Below are positions 54,905-62,216 of a stretch of 64,000 bases of DNA, in pieces. The stretch's first letter is position 1; every line of letters starts with the position of its first letter. Both the position numbers and the translations under genes were made by a program. Origin of the DNA: Bacteroidota bacterium (GTDB lineage: Bacteria > Bacteroidota > Ignavibacteria > SZUA-365); assembly GCA_049663345.1 (NCBI GenBank), contig JBATDG010000059.1, forward strand, positions 441-64,440, written 5' to 3'. Under the pieces are notes generated by a model. It saw only the letters and a program-made list of their open reading frames with translations, ran no database searches and had not been told where the DNA came from.

Positions 54905-55738
54905 CTATCTTGCGATAATTGGTGAAAATACTGGCAGAAATGCTGCGGTCTGATCGAAGATGCCGCTGCTTAATATATCTTCGCGTTCGGCTTCATCGGA
55001 GATGAAGTATCCTTCAGGTGATAGACAGCGATGGAGTTTTCGTATGACTGCTGCACGAACATCACGTCGGTAATAAAACAGGACATTGCTGCAGAAGGCG
55101 AGGTCGAGATCGCCGTAAATGCAGGGAGGTGGACAGACGGATCCCTCGTTGAGCATATCGTAATATGAGAAATCAACGTGCTCTTTAATCCGGCTGCTCA
55201 CTTCAAAGGCATCACCGCGAGGTTCGAAATAATCGTCTCGCTGTCTCATCCGCAGATTGAGAAACCCATCGTTCTGGTAGCGGCCCAGTCGGGCCGTTTC
55301 CAAAGCTGCTGAGGAAACGTCTGTCGCAAATATGCTGTAGGTGCAGGATGAATCCATCCTGCTGATTACCTCATCCAGAATCATTGCGATTGAATAGGCC
55401 TCCTGCCCGGTTGCACAGCCTGAGGACCATATTCGTATTGCACTATTTGTATGATTCCGCTGACTGATCATGGCAGGGAAAAGCACCTGTTCCAGATATG
55501 CAAAGGTCAGGGGGTTGCGGAAAAATGTGGTATACGTGTTCAAAAGAGACTCGTAAAACGCAAGTACTTCACTTAGGTTCGATTCCAAAAACTCGATGTA
55601 TGCCGTAGTATCCACAAAACTGTGAAATTCAACACGTTTCGCCAGCATCTTTTGAAGATAAGGGGGATCGAAGACAAGAATATCCTTTCCAACGCTGCGA
55701 TTCACAATCTCTGCGATAACGTCGATATTGTGCTTCAT
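54905..55738 (-). CDS. cheR: CheR-family protein-glutamate O-methyltransferase
   Basis: 277 aa. TTFFRNPLTFAYLEQVLFP and the SAM-binding block IRIWSSGCATGQEAYSIAMIL...FATDVS match the CheR signature. Confidence 0.8.
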   Translation of the reverse strand: MKHNIDVIAEIVNRSVGKDILVFDPPYLQKMLAKRVEFHSFVDTTAYIEFLESNLSEVLAFYESLLNTYTTFFRNPLTFAYLEQVLFPAMISQRNHTNSAIRIWSSGCATGQEAYSIAMILDEVISRMDSSCTYSIFATDVSSAALETARLGRYQNDGFLNLRMRQRDDYFEPRGDAFEVSSRIKEHVDFSYYDMLNEGSVCPPPCIYGDLDLAFCSNVLFYYRRDVRAAVIRKLHRCLSPEGYFISDEAEREDILSSGIFDQTAAFLPVFSPIIAR

Positions 55739-55835
55739 TCAGAACTCTTGCAGAGGGGTGAGGCTGGATTGCGAATTGCAGTATATTTGCCATTAATAAG
55801 GAATAATCGCTATATCGGTCATCAAAGTCAATAGT

Positions 55836-56252
55836 TTAATCCTGCTCGCCCCGGCGTGCGCGTTTCGTATCCGACCGGCGTTTTTTTGTCTCGAGCCGGC
55901 GTTGGTTCGCCGCCCGGGTCGGACGAGTCGGTTTGCGCGGTTTTGGTGGAATCGCAGCGCGCTGGATGAGCTTCACCAGCCGCTCCCGGGCATCGACCCG
56001 GTTGCGCTCCCGCGTGCGAAAGCGCCGCGCTTCGATGAGCAGGAAGCCGTCCTCAGTGATGCGCCCCCCCGCCAACTTCAGCAGCCGCTCTCGCACTTCC
56101 TCTGGCAGTGAAGGGGAGTGGCCCGCATCAAATCGCAGCTGCACAGCGGTTGCGACCTTGTTGACATTCTGCCCCCCGGGACCGGACGAGCGAACGAATT
56201 GTTCCTCGAGTTCTTTCTCGGCGATATGTATGGATCTGGTAATGATCAGCAT
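55836..56252 (-). CDS. arfB: Alternative ribosome-rescue factor ArfB (peptidyl-tRNA hydrolase, RF-1 domain)
   Basis: I place the start at MLIITRSIHIAEKELEEQF, giving 138 aa. It has the GGQ motif in SSGPGGQNVNKVATAV and a basic C-terminal tail (KPRKPTRPTRAANQRRLETKKRRSDTKRARR). Confidence 0.85.
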   Translation of the reverse strand: MLIITRSIHIAEKELEEQFVRSSGPGGQNVNKVATAVQLRFDAGHSPSLPEEVRERLLKLAGGRITEDGFLLIEARRFRTRERNRVDARERLVKLIQRAAIPPKPRKPTRPTRAANQRRLETKKRRSDTKRARRGEQD

Positions 56253-56274
56253 ACACGCAATATATCGATCTTTT

Positions 56275-59088
56275 CTATTGCACCGTGAATTCGAAGCTCT
56301 CCGCACCTCCGGCGCTCATGGTTCCTGACCCGCCTGTTCCGGAAGCGCTGCCGGAGAACTCAATCGAGAAGGTGCCGGCATCGTCGGGTGCAAGGATGCA
56401 GGTAAGCGTCGCGGTATAAGTACCCGCTGGCAGATCCAGCATGTAGCGTCGTTGTCCGCCGGCAGGTGTGCTGCCCAGATTTCCGTAACCCGTGACCGAG
56501 AGTGTGAAGGAATCATCGGCGAGGCTCCCGCTATCCCAAACGGTGACGACCACTGTTCCGTCTCCTGTGCAATCCTCATCAATGACACCATTTCCGTTGT
56601 TGTCAATACCATCACCGCAAATTTCGCGGAGTCCGTTATTGACGGTTTCCGGATCGATGCCGTTTTCTGCGATGTCATCGCCGAGTTTTTCGACTTCTGT
56701 CAGGTCACATCCGAACGACCGGAGCTGCTCGGTGCAGGCCATGAATTGTTCGCCCAGCGACGCGGTTCTGTTGAGTTTTTCCGTGAGGATGGATTCAACC
56801 ATGGGCATTTCCACTGACACAATGCGCTCCAGATCCGATTTCTGCTTTGCCTCGATCTCAGCGGACTGGTCGGCAGGCGGAGGAGGCAAGGTGATTTGGG
56901 TGCCGCCGAAAAACTCTGCACGATAACCGAGTCCCTCCAGGGTTTTATCCTTAGTTCCGTAAGGGAAGAGGGAGAGCGCGCACTCAATATTGTGCGGCCC
57001 CGGCTGCACGTCATCGAAGTCCAGGTACTGCATTCCTGTCGCCACGAGTTCATCGCCGTCCAGGTACCATTTCAGCAGATACGAAGTATATCCGCCCTCG
57101 CCGCAGACCATGCGTGCGTATCCATCCAGTTCGGGTTTCAGCGTTTCAAACGAATTACCCATGAAGACGATCGTGGCTCGCACCGTCTTCCCGGGTTTCG
57201 GCGGCTCGTTCTCGTCTTTCGGGGCAGAGATTCCCTTTTTCGCGCTCGCAAGACGCAGCTGCATGCGATATTCTGTTTCAGCCATTCGACTAACTGCACT
57301 GCTGTAATACTCAAAATTCAGCTTGGCCATGCGATAGAAATAGGCGACGGACGGATTTTTGCACGGTGACGCGTCCTTCGTGCCGATGGCATTCTGAAAA
57401 GCAGAAACATACCGCAGCAACTCGTCGGCATTCTGGTTGGCGTCGTCTGAATACCTCATGAATTCTTCACGCAGATTGTCTAAAATCTCAAAATCGTTGA
57501 GACCCTCATCGCGCTTCTCATCCTCTAATGGTTTCGCGCTCACAGTGATCTGCATATTCTCCGCGACGTTCTTGAACTGCAATCCAAAGGTCGCCCTGGC
57601 CTGCTGCCAGCCAGGAATTACCGACTGAAGACATTTCGCTTCGTTGATCGCGACAACGTCTGCTTTATCCGAAGAATTGGATGCCCGCCCGCGAATAAAG
57701 GTAGCGAGATCGTTTTCTTCACATGCGGCATATTTCAACAGCAGCGTCGCCATGCTGACATCTGCCGCACGCTGTGTGGCGACATAGACGGGATTATCGG
57801 GGTAAATGCCCGAGAGCATGTCAAAACACTCCTGCCGCCCGGCGACAAGATTGAAGCCGAATTCCTTGGCGGCCTCCAGCATTTCATTTGTCAGTGCGCC
57901 GAGTATGCCGATGGCCATTGGTGAAACAGCCAGACCGAGATCGATGAGCGCTTTGGCATAATTGCCCTTCGAAATGTCCGCTCCCATCTGAATTGCCTGG
58001 AAAGTAATGAACACGCCGTTCAGGACCGTGGCCACTTTGTCGAGTGGAATCTTCGAGAGCGCTTCCATGAGCTTTGCCGATGCCTTGCCGCCTTTCTCAA
58101 GCAGTTTTTCCGCCAGAGAAAGCTGTCCACCACCTCGTTTGAGCAGTTCACAGCGTAATTTCGCACCCGCGAGGAGGTCCTTGGCTTTGCCGACGTTCCC
58201 GGCATTAAGGAGATCGTCAATCTCCGAGATATCGACGTGGACACCGGATTTGTTTTTCAATATCTGGAGTTCGGCCTTCAGCCTCTCAAGGCTTTTTGCT
58301 GCTTTTCGAGGATCCCCTGCACGTATATCGTCAAAGATCTTGTCGATCAATTGGCTGGAAATGTTGGCCGACCCCTTTGCGGTGAATGTCTCACCACCCT
58401 GGATCAGATGCTCCAGGTCGGTCAGCCGACTGCTCATCGAAGTACCGGTCTTCGGATCCTTGTAGAAAACACGGCCGTTCCCCGGCTTCATGCGGTCCTG
58501 CTGTATCCAGCGCCGGGCGTCGGGACCATATACCCCTTCAGTCACTGCGTTGAGCTTCGATTTATCCATTTCACCGACGGTGCTGATTACACCGTTATCG
58601 AGATCGTCAAGCCCTCCGAGATTCGGGACAGAATTGTATTTTTTGAATTTGTTGAGTGCCTCCGCGCCGTCCTTGGCATCATCCATGACCTGGCTGGGCG
58701 GGTACACGTTCATCTTGTTGAGCATCTCACGCGCCTTTTCCGGCGGATACTGCTTTTTGATCTGCTGAATCAGATCACGCTGCGACTGCTTCCACTGCTC
58801 CATCATTTCCCGTTCCCACTGTGCCACTTTGGCCGGGTCAGTGGGTTTGGGTTTATTGATGAAGGATTCCAGGTCCACATCAGAAGTGGTTCCGAATTTT
58901 TTCTTCTCGTTGAGCCAGGAACCCTGGCCCAGATACGTATGTCCTTTTTCTCCGACGACGGTGGACACTACTTGCTGGGCACCGTAGGAGATGGTTCGAT
59001 CCTCCTGCGCGTGGGCGTTTGACGGAAGGAAGCTCCAAAAGCAAAGCGTGAGCAGGATACCGAGTCTGATTACGTGAGTGGATGACAT
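56275..59088 (-). CDS. Large secreted protein of unknown function
   Basis: 937 aa with signal peptide MSSTHVIRLGILLTLCFWSFLPSNAHAQ. A central hydrophobic/amphipathic block is VATVLNGVFITFQAIQMG...LGLAVSPMAIGILGAL. A Cys-bracketed Asp/Asn-rich motif CGDGIDNNGNGVIDEDC lies near the C-terminus, followed by a beta-rich tail of about 95 aa. I recognised no catalytic motif. Confidence 0.6.
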   Translation of the reverse strand: MSSTHVIRLGILLTLCFWSFLPSNAHAQEDRTISYGAQQVVSTVVGEKGHTYLGQGSWLNEKKKFGTTSDVDLESFINKPKPTDPAKVAQWEREMMEQWKQSQRDLIQQIKKQYPPEKAREMLNKMNVYPPSQVMDDAKDGAEALNKFKKYNSVPNLGGLDDLDNGVISTVGEMDKSKLNAVTEGVYGPDARRWIQQDRMKPGNGRVFYKDPKTGTSMSSRLTDLEHLIQGGETFTAKGSANISSQLIDKIFDDIRAGDPRKAAKSLERLKAELQILKNKSGVHVDISEIDDLLNAGNVGKAKDLLAGAKLRCELLKRGGGQLSLAEKLLEKGGKASAKLMEALSKIPLDKVATVLNGVFITFQAIQMGADISKGNYAKALIDLGLAVSPMAIGILGALTNEMLEAAKEFGFNLVAGRQECFDMLSGIYPDNPVYVATQRAADVSMATLLLKYAACEENDLATFIRGRASNSSDKADVVAINEAKCLQSVIPGWQQARATFGLQFKNVAENMQITVSAKPLEDEKRDEGLNDFEILDNLREEFMRYSDDANQNADELLRYVSAFQNAIGTKDASPCKNPSVAYFYRMAKLNFEYYSSAVSRMAETEYRMQLRLASAKKGISAPKDENEPPKPGKTVRATIVFMGNSFETLKPELDGYARMVCGEGGYTSYLLKWYLDGDELVATGMQYLDFDDVQPGPHNIECALSLFPYGTKDKTLEGLGYRAEFFGGTQITLPPPPADQSAEIEAKQKSDLERIVSVEMPMVESILTEKLNRTASLGEQFMACTEQLRSFGCDLTEVEKLGDDIAENGIDPETVNNGLREICGDGIDNNGNGVIDEDCTGDGTVVVTVWDSGSLADDSFTLSVTGYGNLGSTPAGGQRRYMLDLPAGTYTATLTCILAPDDAGTFSIEFSGSASGTGGSGTMSAGGAESFEFTVQ

Positions 59089-59126
59089 AGTACTGTCTCC
59101 GATTATTGCGTCAGAATTATAATTCT

Positions 59127-59675
59127 TTACTGATCCTTCAGGCGCGTAATTGAAAACACGCCGTTGGAGATTGTGATGATGCTGCCATCGGAAGTCGAGC
59201 GAAGTGAGCCCGTGAATGTGCCGTCCACCTGGGCGGTTTCTGCTCCGACAAGTGCTACAACGGTGCTGCCCTGCACTGCCTGATATTCACGAATGACACC
59301 GCCCGGCTCCTGGATTTCGAGGAATACGCCGGAGTTCGAGAGGACTGCGCCTTTCGGATCGATCCAATCATACGTGCCAACATGTGATGCCGGTATGGTG
59401 AGCGTCAGAAGTACGCGGTTTGTACTCGTTCCGTTAAAAGAAGCAAGTACATCGAGCATACCGATCATTCGATCATCGCTCTGAATCAGCCAGATTCCGC
59501 CTGTCTTATCCCGCAGATCGACGCTTGTGTTCGAATAGGGCGACCCATTCAGAATGAATGCTGCTGATGAATTCGTGGCTGTGGATGGTCCCGTCCCGTT
59601 ATCCGAATCGCATCCGGTGAGGATGAGAAGGATGGTGCAAAACACGAGAGCTATAATATTCCAAAGTCGTTGCAT
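59127..59675 (-). CDS. Lipoprotein of unknown function
   Basis: 182 aa with a signal peptide and lipobox (LLILTGC DSDNG). The mature part is predicted beta-rich. Confidence 0.6.
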   Translation of the reverse strand: MQRLWNIIALVFCTILLILTGCDSDNGTGPSTATNSSAAFILNGSPYSNTSVDLRDKTGGIWLIQSDDRMIGMLDVLASFNGTSTNRVLLTLTIPASHVGTYDWIDPKGAVLSNSGVFLEIQEPGGVIREYQAVQGSTVVALVGAETAQVDGTFTGSLRSTSDGSIITISNGVFSITRLKDQ

Positions 59676-59683
59676 CTATAATC

Positions 59684-62068
59684 TCAGATATGATAGCGCA
59701 GGCCGAGAAGCAGAAGTGTGTCATCGATTTTATCACGGTCGCGGATGCCGGAAGGCAGATTGATTGTTTGGCCTGTGTCGTTGTCAATTGTATAGGATTG
59801 GACACGTCCGAACACGCTGAGAGCGCCGATGACGGTCATGTTGGCTTCAGCACCCAGACGCAGCCGCATCGGTTCGCGTTTTCGTCCCACATACGGATCT
59901 GCGGTAAAATGGAAAGCGCGTTCGTATTCGAGCCAGGCACGAATGTTTGCCTTGGCTCCCAACGTTGCCAGCGCGTTAATGCTGAGTCCTACGCGGGCGC
60001 TGTTGTTGAGATTGTCCTGCGTCGACTGTGTCTTATTATTGAGGAATAGGGTTGTGCCGATGAAGGGACCAACCTGTATACGGACGGGTTCGAATTCCAG
60101 TATGGCGCCGGGACCGAAATAAATGTCTGCATAGTGCTGAGAAAGCGAGTCAATATCTTCGGCCAGTACATAACGCGTTACTGCATTAAAGCCGATGTAA
60201 TACACTTTCTCTGTATGACGGGCGTCAATATTTCCTTGCACGAAGCTGGGATTTCGCAGCCCGTTGTTTTGCTGGAACATCATAAGAGCGTTCCAGTTCG
60301 TTCCGATGAAATTCTGCTCGCGATGCCCTGCAAACACTGAGAATTGTCCGTAGGTGAGATTTTCAGCATCGGGATGATACCGGTAGTCGGCTCGCGCGCC
60401 ATAGTCGGTGATTCCGGTCGCTTTCGTCCAGCGGACCTCCATACCAGGCCTGTGATAGTTCAGAAATGCTCCGCCCGAATCGGCGAGCGTTGTATATCCT
60501 TCATAGGCAGGCCGAAGGGAGAAGCCATTTTCATTTCGCCATAATCCGAAAGCATTGATCATATCGAAATTCAATCCCATGTCATCGCTGGTTTGGTAGC
60601 GATTGAGGAGATTGACTTCGTATGATTGACCGAGTTCGCCGACGGAACGGACGCCCGTGTTGATGCTGAATGCGGTAAAATCCTGCGGCTGGGTTTCCGA
60701 GAACGATTTGCCCTGGTACATTGTCCGGGCAAAAAATGCCGGGCCGGTCTGTGCAAGCTGCTCCCAACCGGCATGGAAGTCAATCAGGCTGAAGGTGTTT
60801 GTTGGTACGGCATCGTCATAGCTATACAGATTCATTCGCGCACTCCACTGATGCGTGCCCTTCGGCAGCCGCCAATCGACACCGGTGTTCAGGCGCTTGA
60901 ATCTCGTCGTGACAATATCGTCGGAGTAATCGAGTCGAGCGCGAAAATTGCCGGTTGAAGGAGTGTTGACCCATGCGGATGACTGCAGAGTCGGCGAAGA
61001 AGAGGAATAGTCGTAGATAGTTGTCCGCGTATGGCTTCCCATAGCAAAGGAAAACTGGCCGCCGTAGAGAAGCACGGCACTGGGAGCAGAGGTGCGTGAG
61101 CGGGCGAGCGTCTCGCGGAAGCGCTGCAGAGTTTCGCTTCCAGCCGCAGATATATTTGAGGCTGCAATGCGGTCACTCTCAGACCCGGATTCTTCCGAGA
61201 GGTCATTCAACCTGCTACAGGCCGAACCAAGACGGGCGGCATCGTCTTCGAGTCCAGTGAGAAAATACTCGCCGACGGAGGAAGTCCCGAGAGAAAAAGC
61301 CCCACCGCTTTGAGATCTGGATTCCAGCGCCTCAATGCTTGATCTGAGACGCCGCTCGTTCTCAAAAATCGTTTGCGCGGCTTCCTTCAGTTCGGCGTCC
61401 GAGATAGTTTTCACTGCGGCCTCGAGCGTCTCATCCTTCTGCAGCGCCAGCCTGGCGGCATCAGCGGAAAAAACACGCGTGCCGTGCAGCGTAAGTTTGT
61501 TCCGCTCGACCCACCCGGTCATTCCTGCGGATTCGCATTTCACCCATAATTCGTTTCGATCGATGACCGTTACCAGCGATCCCTCGGGTAAGGCCAGAAG
61601 CACTGTCGCTTGAGAACCCGGGTACGCGCGAAGATCCGCACCGCCAATTGCGACAGCTGCATCTACCAGCACAGCACCTTCCAGTCCCGGGCTATGCGCA
61701 ACAGGGTCTATCGCATCGAAATCCGGGATGGGCTGATCCTGATAAAGCTGAATCCCTCCACCGTACGCCGGAACGCGATTGCTCTTCACTTCGGAGGCAG
61801 TGACCTCAATCGGATCGAGAAGAGAACTCATGATCCAACCGGAATACTTTCCGATGCGAACTGAACTCCAGTCCGCCTTCACTGCGACGATGGAAACCTC
61901 ATCGCCTTTTTTGAGCGTTGTCACGACCTTCGATTTTGTGTTGGCCTCGGCACGGAGGCGCACACTTTTAGCGTTCACTCGTGCGGGAGTGCCAGCGTCT
62001 TGTGCATGGAGGAAAAGGGGAGAGCAGAGAAGGAAAAGCAAAAGCAGGCGAAGTAAACGAGGAAGCAT
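59684..62068 (-). CDS. Outer-membrane protein with two N-terminal SH3b-like domains and a C-terminal beta-barrel-like region
   Basis: 794 aa with signal peptide MLPRLLRLLLLFLLCSPLFLHAQ. SH3b-like segments are VRLRAEANTKSKVVTTLKKGDEVSIVAVKADWSSVRIGKYSGWIMSSLL and DLRAYPGSQATVLLALPEGSLVTVIDRNELWVKCESAGMTGWVERNKL. The C-terminal ~450 aa are rich in alternating aromatic/Gly strands. Confidence 0.55.
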   Translation of the reverse strand: MLPRLLRLLLLFLLCSPLFLHAQDAGTPARVNAKSVRLRAEANTKSKVVTTLKKGDEVSIVAVKADWSSVRIGKYSGWIMSSLLDPIEVTASEVKSNRVPAYGGGIQLYQDQPIPDFDAIDPVAHSPGLEGAVLVDAAVAIGGADLRAYPGSQATVLLALPEGSLVTVIDRNELWVKCESAGMTGWVERNKLTLHGTRVFSADAARLALQKDETLEAAVKTISDAELKEAAQTIFENERRLRSSIEALESRSQSGGAFSLGTSSVGEYFLTGLEDDAARLGSACSRLNDLSEESGSESDRIAASNISAAGSETLQRFRETLARSRTSAPSAVLLYGGQFSFAMGSHTRTTIYDYSSSSPTLQSSAWVNTPSTGNFRARLDYSDDIVTTRFKRLNTGVDWRLPKGTHQWSARMNLYSYDDAVPTNTFSLIDFHAGWEQLAQTGPAFFARTMYQGKSFSETQPQDFTAFSINTGVRSVGELGQSYEVNLLNRYQTSDDMGLNFDMINAFGLWRNENGFSLRPAYEGYTTLADSGGAFLNYHRPGMEVRWTKATGITDYGARADYRYHPDAENLTYGQFSVFAGHREQNFIGTNWNALMMFQQNNGLRNPSFVQGNIDARHTEKVYYIGFNAVTRYVLAEDIDSLSQHYADIYFGPGAILEFEPVRIQVGPFIGTTLFLNNKTQSTQDNLNNSARVGLSINALATLGAKANIRAWLEYERAFHFTADPYVGRKREPMRLRLGAEANMTVIGALSVFGRVQSYTIDNDTGQTINLPSGIRDRDKIDDTLLLLGLRYHI

Positions 62069-62216
62069 GCGGACCTCCTAACAAATGGCAGGTGTATGCG
62101 ACCGCTCAGCTGATATTTATCTGAGCAAGCGGGAAGGGAATTACGGTATTAATCAGTCTCGGATGCTAATATATTCGATAGATCAATAGCAGACAAGCTG
62201 ATAAGACGACTAATTT

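Noticed and set aside
55739-55835. A candidate sigma-70-like promoter (ttgact ... gattat on the minus strand) upstream of cheR.
   Set aside because: The -10 match is poor and the promoter consensus of this lineage is unknown. It is not supportable without transcript mapping.
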